A program made the translations under genes and the position numbers. Below are positions 7,354 to 15,927 of a stretch of 64,000 nt of DNA, piece by piece (position 1 is the stretch's first letter; every line of letters starts with the position of its first letter). The stretch comes from an uncultured Gammaproteobacteria bacterium (GTDB lineage Bacteria > Patescibacteriota > Patescibacteriia > Patescibacteriales > UBA12465). The stretch lies in the NCBI GenBank assembly GCA_964570655.1, contig CAZMYU010000004.1, forward strand, positions 49 to 64,048. The letters are read 5' to 3'. The notes beneath the pieces are model-generated. The model ran no database searches. It saw nothing but the letters and a program-made list of their open reading frames with translations, and had not been told where the DNA came from.

Positions 7354-8295
7354 ATGAAAAATATTATTAATGAACCAGTTGATCCAATTTTTGCCAAAGG
7401 AGACGATGGATCTTTGCCGAAAATTGAAATTGTTTTGGCTGATATTGAGGATTATGAAAACAAGTTCAAAAATTTATTAACCAAAACTTTTGAAAACGAG
7501 GCTTGGCTTAATGCTTTTTTAAATGATAATCATCATGGTTTTTTGCACGGCAATCAAGTTCGCCTGTCAGCCCTGAAGTTAATTGATAATCTAAACCCGG
7601 TAGAAAAAGCCAGGTTGTTGCAAGAAGGGCAGGAAATCAGCGAAGCCAATCCAGAACAATATGCTAAATTGGCTGTGGAGATTTCAGCTATTTTTCATGA
7701 TTCTGGTAGGTTTAATAAAGATGGGGCGGTGCTAGCTAGCGAACAGGCTGATCATCAAATCTTGAGTGCTCAGCGAGCCGAAATGTTTTGTGTTGATAAT
7801 AAATTGGCCGATATTAATACTTCTATTTCTGAAGCGATACTTTGTCATGATTTTCAAAGCAAGGAATTGACGCCCGACTTGCAAGCACCTCAGACAATAA
7901 TTGGCCAGATTGTTCAATCTGCTGATCAAATGGGTTGGTTCCATCCCGATTCTATCAATAGAACCCTTAGTTATAACGAGGCCTTGGGAGTGCCATTTTA
8001 TAATCCTAAAATTAATTTAGCAGATCGTTTAAAATGGAAACCGGGAACTTCTTCCGGTGACGCTCTAACTGTAATGCTTAGTCAATTATTTGGTCCCACG
8101 GGCGAGGATAGATTTGGCATAGAATATGCCCAGCAAAAGGTAGAAAAATACAAAATTGGTTTGAAAAAAAATATTTTAAAAATTGCCGATAAATATAATG
8201 TTCAAAATGAAGTTCAGGTATTAATTGATGATTTTGAAAATAATATTAATTATTTTTTATTGTCAAAATTTTGGAGTAATAAAAAAAGAGCGTGA
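7354..8295 (+). CDS. HD-domain phosphohydrolase-like protein
   Basis: HHGFLHG ... IFHDSGR (H...HD metal-binding pattern); terminator overlaps the stop. Confidence 0.55.
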   Translation: MKNIINEPVDPIFAKGDDGSLPKIEIVLADIEDYENKFKNLLTKTFENEAWLNAFLNDNHHGFLHGNQVRLSALKLIDNLNPVEKARLLQEGQEISEANPEQYAKLAVEISAIFHDSGRFNKDGAVLASEQADHQILSAQRAEMFCVDNKLADINTSISEAILCHDFQSKELTPDLQAPQTIIGQIVQSADQMGWFHPDSINRTLSYNEALGVPFYNPKINLADRLKWKPGTSSGDALTVMLSQLFGPTGEDRFGIEYAQQKVEKYKIGLKKNILKIADKYNVQNEVQVLIDDFENNINYFLLSKFWSNKKRA

Positions 8296-8337
8296 ATAGC
8301 GCTCTTTTTCGTTTTAAAATTAAGACTTTGGCTCATC

Positions 8338-8378
8338 CACTCTGGCACTCTGGTGCCTGGCACCAGAGTGCCAGAGTG
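8338..8378. repeat. 41-nt perfect palindrome centred on CCTGG
   Basis: CACTCTGGCACTCTGGTGCC-t-GGCACCAGAGTGCCAGAGTG; core GGTGCCWGGCACC shared with 28131-28167. Confidence 0.85.
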
Positions 8379-8441
8379 CTTGATTTTTTGCCTCAAAACT
8401 GATTAAATAGTTGATACTTTAACAGTACTTAAATTATCAAA

Positions 8442-9062
8442 ATGCCAGTTTCAAATTTTTATGCTGTCGGCAATCGCTGTGCGGTTGACCTGAGTTCTTT
8501 TAATTTGCCAATTTCTAATGATGAAGCTTTAACGATTTTGCAGACCAAGGGTTTTAGAGTGATCGATATTGATATTATTAGCGAGGCCAGAAAACTTATT
8601 GGTCAAGCCAAATACAAATTTGCGGCTCGATCATTTGAGGCCCCGGACTATGTGGACTGTTCAACTTTTGTAAAATATCTTTATGGACTCCTAGGCATTT
8701 GGTTGCCTCGTCGGTCGATTCAGCAGTTTTGTTTTGGTGATAAAATCACTGATTCTTCTTGGTTATTGTCGGGCGATCTGATTTTTACCGAAGGCTTGGT
8801 TGTTAATTATTATCTTAATGAACCATCCGAGGCTATTGGTCATGTTGCTATTTTTACTGGTCAGGATAGTATTATTCAAATTACTCTACCGAGCAAGGGT
8901 CTGGGCGAAATTTCATTTCAATCGTTTATGGAAACCAGAAAGATTAGAGGCTTTGGAAGAATATTGCCAACCGATCGGAAAATTATCACTTTACTTTGCC
9001 CCGGCGAAAGAGAAGTGGAACAAAGCGACGACATCAAATGGATACTGCTTCAATCATTGTGA
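8442..9062 (+). CDS. NlpC/P60 (C40) cell-wall peptidase family protein
   Basis: DCSTFVKYLY (catalytic Cys context), GDLIFT and IGHVAIFTG blocks in canonical order. Confidence 0.7.
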   Translation: MPVSNFYAVGNRCAVDLSSFNLPISNDEALTILQTKGFRVIDIDIISEARKLIGQAKYKFAARSFEAPDYVDCSTFVKYLYGLLGIWLPRRSIQQFCFGDKITDSSWLLSGDLIFTEGLVVNYYLNEPSEAIGHVAIFTGQDSIIQITLPSKGLGEISFQSFMETRKIRGFGRILPTDRKIITLLCPGEREVEQSDDIKWILLQSL

Positions 9063-9136
9063 ATTTTAGGCTCTAACTACCCAGTTAGAGCCTTTTGATT
9101 TGAAAAAAATATCAATTTGTGCTAGGATGTCTTTAT

Positions 9137-9901
9137 ATGTTAGAAAAATTTCTTAGAGACATTGGTTTAAACGACAAAGAGCTGGCGATTTATCTAGAGC
9201 TTTTAAAGCTAGAAAATTGCTCGGTTTTGGATTTGTCCAAAAAGACCAAGATTCTCAGGACTACTATTTACCCAATTTTAAACGACCTAGAACAGAAGGG
9301 GCTTATCTCTCGGGTGCAGGTTGGCAAAAAAATAAACTTTCAAGCCGAAGCTCCGGAAAAATTAAACACCTTTATTGAAACTCAGAAACTAAAGTTGGCT
9401 GAACAATCTAAATTGGCTAGCGAATATATTCCTCAGCTCAAGAGTTTATCTAGGCAAACTGGCGAGAAGCCGGTTATCAAGGTCTATGATGGCCGAGAGG
9501 GAATTATTAAGGCCAATGAAGAATCTTTTGGTTATGACAAGGAGAACCCCAATGATATCTCCTATTTTATTTATCCATTTGATTTGTTAGAAAAGTTTTT
9601 TTCTGGTTCGGAGATTCAAAAAGCTCGGGGCGTTCGGCTGACCAAACATATCAAGTCAAAATCTCTTTATACTTATTCCAAGGGAGAGCGGGGATCAGAT
9701 GAATATTCTCGGAGAATACGGATTGATGGCGCGAAATATCCGGTTAAATGCGATATTAGTATTTATCGAGATAGAGTCAGAATTCATACTTTGGGAAAAT
9801 CTTTGTCTTCAGTCCTAATTAAGAGCCAAGACATTGCTGATACTTTGAAGTCACTATTTGAATTGATATTTGACCATTTGGATAAGAAGTCGAAAAAATA
9901 A
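9137..9901 (+). CDS. TrmB-family HTH transcriptional regulator
   Basis: N-terminal LGLNDKELAIYLELLK...SVLDLSKKTKILRTTIYPILNDLEQKGLI winged-helix; terminator at 9930-9956. Confidence 0.6.
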   Translation: MLEKFLRDIGLNDKELAIYLELLKLENCSVLDLSKKTKILRTTIYPILNDLEQKGLISRVQVGKKINFQAEAPEKLNTFIETQKLKLAEQSKLASEYIPQLKSLSRQTGEKPVIKVYDGREGIIKANEESFGYDKENPNDISYFIYPFDLLEKFFSGSEIQKARGVRLTKHIKSKSLYTYSKGERGSDEYSRRIRIDGAKYPVKCDISIYRDRVRIHTLGKSLSSVLIKSQDIADTLKSLFELIFDHLDKKSKK

Positions 9902-10696
9902 CATTTTAATTTTTTTTTTAAAATAGTAAAGCCGCTGTCTGGGACAGCGGCTTTTTCTTAACAAGATTCTTCTGAATTAATTTTTTTTAAAATTTTAATT
10001 TTTTCAGAACTTTTTTCTAGCTGAGCTTGGACCCATTGTTAGTCAAGTTGCAATTGCAATAAATTACATCTGACTTTTTTAGATCTCTTTTGGTCTAGCT
10101 TTGGCCTTTTTAAATTCTCTTGAAATTAATCTCCCACTTTCAACACCTCCTTTTCGTGTTTTTTAAATTGTTTGTATTATCACGACGCATGACGAGGGCC
10201 TATTTAGGGGGCGGTACCTGGTACCGCCTTCCCCGAGATAAAGCTTTAGTCCTGCATATTCGTCGTTTTTAAAGGTTATTAGGATTATAGCAGGTATTAA
10301 TTCAGCTGTCAAGGCTTATGGCCAAAACTGTCCAAAATTAAAAACAGCAATTTATGGGGTTATTTAAGCAAATAAAAGTAATTAATAAAGTTTGTCAAAA
10401 AATATTAACACTATAAAAAAAGTGTTTAAAATTTATTACACTTTTTGCTATAAAATACCCTATTTTTCTAGCTTTTTTGAGTTATCCACAGAATTCTGAC
10501 AAAGCCTATTGACATATTTATTTTCGTATGCTAGGGTATGACCATAGTGATGTTTGACATTCGACCCAAATTTAATTGCTTGATTTATGTTTGTAAGGTT
10601 TTAGCCTTAGAGCTAAAATTCCAAACAATAATTTTTCCAAAATATACTTGTCTTTATGCCTTTATAGGCATAAACCAACCAATTAAATTTGAAATT

Positions 10697-10858
10697 ATGA
10701 GCAATAATCAGAATAAACAGGATTTAATTAAAAAAGCTAATCGTTTACTGCGAAAAGCTGGATATTCTTGGATTGGTACGGAACTCGCCAGTAAACTGCG
10801 TGGTCAGGCAGTTTTTGAAAAGCGCATCATTATGACTCCGATGGGGAACAAACGATGA
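10697..10858 (+). CDS. Possible 53-aa basic protein (MSNNQNKQDLIKKANRLLRK...)
   Basis: Only the distal ATG of ORF 10538-10858 gives a non-junk N-terminus; sits directly upstream of the structured ORF-free segment. Confidence 0.3.
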   Translation: MSNNQNKQDLIKKANRLLRKAGYSWIGTELASKLRGQAVFEKRIIMTPMGNKR

Positions 10859-10879
10859 TAACTCGTTTGCTCCCTGCCT

Positions 10880-11310
10880 ACTGAAAGAACTTTGAAATTT
10901 AAATAAAATTTAAATAAAGATGTTGAGGGTTGGTCTGGCCTCATGTAGGCTGCTCCGGCTGAAATTAGACTAGGTTGTCGACATCGTTTCGCTCGCTATG
11001 TCCTTGACGGGATATCCTTTGGCAGGGGGCGAGTGTTAACGGTAAAGTGATTGGAATTAGGAGGAAACAATTCTACTCACGAATTGTTTACTAGGCCTTT
11101 TTCAGCCATCACGGCCTTCCATAGAACTCTCATCTTCGCTATTGCGGGATTGGGAGGGCTGCTCAGGTTGGACGCCTGATTAGCCTCTGGAAAAGTTTGT
11201 CTTTAGCAATATCAGCCAAGATAGCGCTAAGGGCAGGCAGAGTCGACTAAAACAGGGTGGCTGGTTCCAAAGAGGATCAGCTACCCTTCATTTTGCTTCG
11301 CAAAATAATT
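10880..11310 (+). ncRNA. Candidate structured RNA of unknown class (boundaries and strand approximate)
   Basis: About 430 nt with no ORF of 60 aa or more in any frame; visibly GC-richer than flanks; stems AAACAATTC/GAATTGTTT (11066-11090), AGGCC/GGCCT, GGGTGGCTGGTTCC/AGGATCAGCTACCC (11256-11287). Confidence 0.35.
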
Positions 11311-11877
11311 AACAATTAAAAATTAATAATAAAAAATTAACTATCAGACTCGGCAATTGGTCCCAGGCTTTTGAGGGTAAGAAAAAGTGGTTCTAATTTG
11401 GTCGCACCTTTCTTCGGCCAGGTTGTAAGAATCTGCTATTTTTTTGGAGTAAGAATGAATTTCTATAGTCAATTTATTCATATTCAAAAAGATAGCGCCG
11501 ATCTGATGAAGCAGCGCCTAGATCAAACTCTGGCTTGGGGGATTGAAAAAGTATCCAACTTGTTGAGCTCTTGATCGACTATATAGGACTAGGGGGAAAT
11601 TTGTCGATTTCAGCCCTCTAGTTTCGCTAATTAATTTACTTGGAAAGAAAGGAAAATCAAGTCCAAGATTAATTAAGCGAACGTTAAAAAAAAGAAATCG
11701 AATTGGAGGACTAGGGGTTGCCAAACCCCCGGTTCTCTGAAAAATTTTTGGAAACCATTGTTTCCACCCCCAAAGCGATGATAGAAAAAACTACTCATCG
11801 CTTTTTTTAATTTTTTTGAGTCATTGACAGAAGGTTAGAAAAACAATATAACAGTAGTATAAAGATAAACAAATAAC

Positions 11878-12297
11878 ATGTCTCATTTTACTATTTCGGC
11901 TATTTTTCCTTTTAGTCCCCAAGACGAGGAGAAAATGAAGGATCTAATAGCTAATCACAAGGAAAATTTAATGGATCAATTAGCCAAGAAAATTACCAAG
12001 CCCTTGGGTCTTTATGATATCAATCGGGGCGGTGAAGATGATTCCAGTCGCGAGGGGATTTTTGATTCTTGGGGAGCCAGTGATGTCCTGTTGATTGAGG
12101 ATTTACTGCAAGATAAGGATTTTGTCAGCCACGCTATTTTTAGTCCAGAGTGTCGGCTAATTGAAAGCCCACAGGCCTTTTATTGGTTTGATAAAACGCA
12201 AGAAAAAGAATTTATTAGTTGGCAGCAAAAATATCGGGAGATTTTAAAAGAATACTCACCTCATAGCTTCGTCCTCTTAATCGATTGTCATATTTGA
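11878..12297 (+). CDS. Hypothetical protein
   Basis: 139-aa ORF, acidic, no recognised motif. Confidence 0.5.
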   Translation: MSHFTISAIFPFSPQDEEKMKDLIANHKENLMDQLAKKITKPLGLYDINRGGEDDSSREGIFDSWGASDVLLIEDLLQDKDFVSHAIFSPECRLIESPQAFYWFDKTQEKEFISWQQKYREILKEYSPHSFVLLIDCHI

Positions 12298-12368
12298 GTT
12301 GACAAATATTACCGTTTGGATTATATTGGATTTCTAAGTAGTTGATTAACATAAAATTTGTATATATC

Positions 12369-12665
12369 ATGAGCAAAAAGAAGACAATAACGCGACTGAC
12401 CATCGCGGAGATCAAAAAAAGGTTGTTACTTAGAAAATTTGGTTATCTTATGGGCATCCCTAGTGATGATGAACCGGCTCGTAAGAAAGCCGAAAAGAAA
12501 TTTTTAAAAGAAGAAGGCCGGATTAAGGATCTGATTGCCAAAGAATTAGATACCCCAATGGATTATCGAAAATTTGGAAACCCCGATCCCACAATAGATA
12601 ATTGGGTGGTCAAAAATCCCGATATCTTAAATTGGTATCAAAATCCTCCGAAAATTGATACCTAA
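12369..12665 (+). CDS. Hypothetical small basic protein
   Basis: ATG 12369 (MSKKKTITRL...); terminator at 12683-12710. Confidence 0.45.
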   Translation: MSKKKTITRLTIAEIKKRLLLRKFGYLMGIPSDDEPARKKAEKKFLKEEGRIKDLIAKELDTPMDYRKFGNPDPTIDNWVVKNPDILNWYQNPPKIDT

Positions 12666-12774
12666 TATTGATTATTAAAACAGCACGAGATATTGTATCC
12701 CGTGCTTTTAAATTTGGGGCAGTAGCCATTTTTGGCTTTTTTTGCTAAACTATCAGGGTAATATTAATACTCAT

Positions 12775-13401
12775 ATGATTAAAGCTATTGTTTTTGATTA
12801 TGACGGAGTGATTGCGGATTCTTTTTCTAATGTCTTTGAGGTTTACAAAAAGATTTGCGATCATTTCCAAGTACCTAGTCCAAAAGATATCGATGAATTT
12901 CGAGGTCTGTATGGTTATAGCTATACTGATTGTTTGCACAATCTGGGGATAGCCGAGAAAGATTTTCCAGAGGTCAAAAATATTTATAAGCGGGAAATTG
13001 TTCAAATGGATAGTCAGATTTTTCCTGGGACTTTCGAGCTCATCGCTAAACTCAACGAAAAATATAAGATTTATTTGGTCTCAGCTTCTCATCCCGAAGA
13101 AGTTTTGATCAAGATAGAGGCCTTTGGTTTGGGTCGCTTATTTTCCAAAATTTATTGTGGCGGAGGACAAGAGATTCGCAAGAGTGCTTTGATGTTGGAT
13201 TTATTAAATGAGAATAATTTTAAACCCGAAGAAGTTGTCGCGATCGGCGATCGGGCCATTGATTATGAATCTTTTAAAAAAGCGGGGCTTAGTGACGAAA
13301 ATATAATTATGGTTACTTATGGTTGGGGGCTAGACAAGAGCCAGATTGGCCAAGCCAAAGTAGCTAAGAGCCCCAAAGAAATTTTAAATTTTATTGGCTA
13401 G
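12775..13401 (+). CDS. HAD-superfamily phosphatase (phosphoglycolate phosphatase-like)
   Basis: FDYDGVIADS motif I directly after ATG 12775; VSAS motif II; GDRAIDYE motif IV region. Confidence 0.7.
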   Translation: MIKAIVFDYDGVIADSFSNVFEVYKKICDHFQVPSPKDIDEFRGLYGYSYTDCLHNLGIAEKDFPEVKNIYKREIVQMDSQIFPGTFELIAKLNEKYKIYLVSASHPEEVLIKIEAFGLGRLFSKIYCGGGQEIRKSALMLDLLNENNFKPEEVVAIGDRAIDYESFKKAGLSDENIIMVTYGWGLDKSQIGQAKVAKSPKEILNFIG

Positions 13402-13402
13402 C

Positions 13403-14326
13403 ATGTCCAAAATACTTATCACTGCCAAAATTAATCCGGATTTAGATGGCCTGGCCTGTGCTTATGCTTATGCTCAGTTTTTAAATAAGACTGATACGGC
13501 CAATGAATATATAGCGGGCGTTTATGGCGAACCTCAAATTGAGGCTCGTTTTGTTTTGGAGAAATTAGGTATTATCGATGGTCTGATTTTTAATCCCGTA
13601 GATGATTTTGCTAAATTTATTATTGTTGATGCTAGCGATGTTTTGGGAATGCCGGAAATTATTCGGCCCCTAGATGTTGTTGAGGTTATCGATCATCGCG
13701 CTGTCCATCGGGCCAGCGAACTTTTTCCCCAGGCCAAAATAGAAATAGAGCCGGTGGGGGCAGCCGCTACTTTGATTTTGGAAAAATTAAGATCAGCCAA
13801 TTTTTCTTTGAGTGCTAATCAAGTTGCTTTGCTGCTAGGAGCCATCTTTTCTAATACTTTGAATTTGCAAGCTGATATTACTAGCCTGAGAGATAGACAA
13901 GCTATTGAATTTTTGCAATCAAATTACTTAGATTATATTCCCGAGAATTTTATTGCCGAGATGTTTGCTTATAAAACCAATTATTTATTGACACATTTAG
14001 CCGAGGTATTAATTAGTGATTTCAAAGTTTTCCCCGGTGCTTTGGGGATTGCCCAGCTAGAGGGAGTCGATTTGGAGCTCATTATTAATAATCAAATTCA
14101 AGAGATCAAAAGAGTTTTGGAGGAATTAAAAAATAAACATAATTTAGAATATATTTTTTTGACTTGTGCTGATATTTCGAAAGGATATAATTTTTTGGTG
14201 GCTACTGACGAGGCTACAAAATTGTTGTTATCTAAATCGATGAATTTATTATTTAATTCAGCGGGAATAGCTAAAACCAATAAATTATTTCTCAGAAAAC
14301 AAATCTTACCATTATTATTTCGTTAG
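13403..14326 (+). CDS. DHH/DHHA2 phosphoesterase resembling family II inorganic pyrophosphatase, with altered motifs
   Basis: INPDLDG, IVDASD, VIDHR (DHH changed to DHR), SNTLNL (DT changed to NT); length and order as in PpaC. Confidence 0.55.
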   Translation: MSKILITAKINPDLDGLACAYAYAQFLNKTDTANEYIAGVYGEPQIEARFVLEKLGIIDGLIFNPVDDFAKFIIVDASDVLGMPEIIRPLDVVEVIDHRAVHRASELFPQAKIEIEPVGAAATLILEKLRSANFSLSANQVALLLGAIFSNTLNLQADITSLRDRQAIEFLQSNYLDYIPENFIAEMFAYKTNYLLTHLAEVLISDFKVFPGALGIAQLEGVDLELIINNQIQEIKRVLEELKNKHNLEYIFLTCADISKGYNFLVATDEATKLLLSKSMNLLFNSAGIAKTNKLFLRKQILPLLFR

Positions 14327-14429
14327 TCTTTTAGTTCGGACGAAAATTTGTTATTATAAGCTTAGTCCCTTAGAAAAGCCAAATAAAAAAGCCCAGGTTC
14401 TGGGCTTTGATGATTTCGCTTTTACATTT

Positions 14430-14720
14430 TTAAACCTCGATCAAATCTTCAACCGGCATCAGTATTTGGCCAATCGTTTTCCAGTCATTGGGGTGAATGT
14501 TTTCCGGGATGTCTTCTTTGGGTGTAGCTAAATATATTAGCGACAGGAGGCTTACTCCTAGGTGGAGGCAAAGGACTTTAAGTAGATAGAGCGTTGGTTC
14601 TTTTTCGTTTTTTTCGATAGCCCTGAGCGATTTTCCGGATATTCCGAGAAGCTCGGCTAAATCTTTTTGTGACATTCCGTTTTTTTGACGGAGGCACTTT
14701 ATAACGTCTCCAATTTTCAT
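14430..14720 (-). CDS. XRE-family HTH transcriptional regulator
   Basis: IKCLRQKNGMSQKDLAELLGISGKSLRAIEKNEKEP helix-turn-helix. Confidence 0.7.
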   Translation of the reverse strand: MKIGDVIKCLRQKNGMSQKDLAELLGISGKSLRAIEKNEKEPTLYLLKVLCLHLGVSLLSLIYLATPKEDIPENIHPNDWKTIGQILMPVEDLIEV

Positions 14721-14828
14721 ACCGTACTGTATTTATAGGTTGTTATCAAATTGATTTATTAGTATAGCCGGATATTTAGAATATGTCAATTATTAGTAAA
14801 AATTTATTATTAATCTAACATAAAATAT

Positions 14829-15212
14829 ATGGACAAACGTTTTGGCTTTTTGATGGTTTTAATTTTTGGTTTATTTTTGGCGGGCTGTACTAGTAAAAAC
14901 TCTAATCCAACACCAGCCCCTTTGACTTTGCCAGAGATCCCGTCGGGAGCTTTTGCGACTTCGAGTAATCCGAGTGCTAGTTTTTATAAGATGACTGAAG
15001 TCAGCCAGCATAACCAAGCCAATAATTGCTGGATGGTGATCAGTGGGCGGGTCTATAATTTTACTGCTTATGTCGGTGTTCATCCAGGTGGGATGACTAT
15101 GGCGGCAAATTGCGGAACCGACGGTACAGCGGCTTTTAATCAGGTGAGTAAGCATGCCGGCAAAACTCAAAATATTTTGCCAAATTATTGGATCGGTCAA
15201 TTAGCCAATTAA
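14829..15212 (+). CDS. Lipoprotein with cytochrome b5-like heme-binding domain
   Basis: Signal peptide with lipobox LAGC; NNCWMVISGRVYNFTAYVGVHPGG matches the cytochrome b5 family core. Confidence 0.6.
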   Translation: MDKRFGFLMVLIFGLFLAGCTSKNSNPTPAPLTLPEIPSGAFATSSNPSASFYKMTEVSQHNQANNCWMVISGRVYNFTAYVGVHPGGMTMAANCGTDGTAAFNQVSKHAGKTQNILPNYWIGQLAN

Positions 15213-15265
15213 TTATTTTTAGAAAATATAAAAAGCCATTTCCTTTTAGGGCGATGGCTTTTAGT

Positions 15266-15760
15266 TTAGTTGGCCTGGTGTCTAGTTGGATAAAATTTTG
15301 AATAGTCTACTGCTCCAAATAATTGATTGGGCAAAAATTCTTTAATGGCGCCAATTATTAAATTCAGTAGCTCTATCATTTTTTGGCTTAGGTTTTTCAC
15401 GGATTCAAAAATTTCATCACTGGGGTCGGGGCCAATTGTATAGATTTGTGCTTTGATTGCATTTTGAAAATGTTCAGTTATTAGCTCCTCACAAACGCTA
15501 GCGACATCCTCAATATTTTCGATGGCCGATTCAAGTTTTTCCGATTGAATTAGCGATAGGGATTTTGTCTTTTTGTTTAGTCTTCTGATTAGAAGATCTA
15601 GGTAGCTTTCTATAAATTGCCCGTAATTTTCTGCCAGCCCAGGGATATTTTCATAGGCGGCTTGAAATTTTTTTTGATTTAAAATTCCTAACCAGGCTTT
15701 GGCTTCTTTTTGGAGTTCTATAGCCTCCAAAAAAATCGTGATGGTTGGAATCTTTTTCAT
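15266..15760 (-). CDS. Hypothetical helical protein
   Basis: 164-aa ORF downstream of the minus-strand radical SAM gene. Confidence 0.5.
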   Translation of the reverse strand: MKKIPTITIFLEAIELQKEAKAWLGILNQKKFQAAYENIPGLAENYGQFIESYLDLLIRRLNKKTKSLSLIQSEKLESAIENIEDVASVCEELITEHFQNAIKAQIYTIGPDPSDEIFESVKNLSQKMIELLNLIIGAIKEFLPNQLFGAVDYSKFYPTRHQAN

Positions 15761-15811
15761 GGTACTTTTATTGATTAATAGCAGTATAATATTATTCTAA
15801 TCGTTTGTCAA

Positions 15812-15858
15812 TCCTACTTCGTCCCACTCCGCCTGCGGCTTCCTGGGACTACGCGGGA
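15812..15858. repeat. GC-rich nested-hairpin element (ACTTCG/CTACGC family), copy A
   Basis: TCCT-ACTTCG-TCCC-actcc-GCC-tgc-GGC-ttcct-GGGA-CTACGC-GGGA. Confidence 0.7.
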
Positions 15859-15927
15859 CAAGCCGCTTAACATCACCATCTGATTAATAAAAAAGGCTGA
15901 AGATTAATTCAGCCTTTAAGGTACTTT

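Noticed and set aside
8338-8378. TGGCAC-N5-TGC inside the palindrome as a sigma-54 promoter
   Set aside because: The GG/GC spacing is off by one from the -24/-12 consensus, the motif arises automatically from the palindrome, and no sigma-54-type activator or rpoN is seen.
10141-10156. CACCTCCTTT on the plus strand (16S rRNA 3'-tail-like), which is also AAGGAGGTG on the minus strand as a strong SD
   Set aside because: The flanking sequence has no similarity to a 16S 3' domain. The minus-strand SD is followed only by 3-5 codon mini-ORFs ending at TAA.
10482-10490. Perfect DnaA-box consensus TTATCCACA in the ORF-poor AT-rich region, suggesting oriC
   Set aside because: There is one perfect box (plus a weak ATATCCACA at about 5712). 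No cluster of boxes, no dnaA/dnaN nearby and no obvious AT-rich 13-mer array. A 9-mer is expected by chance about once in a window this size.
10880-11310. The ORF-free GC-elevated segment as RNase P RNA, tmRNA, SRP RNA or a group II intron
   Set aside because: None of the diagnostic motifs could be found by eye. I looked for GAGGAAAGTCC and ACAGAA..GGCTTA for RNase P, a tRNA-like 3' end or tag ORF for tmRNA, a GGAA/AGCA domain IV for SRP, and a domain V AGC hairpin. It is kept only as an unknown-class candidate.
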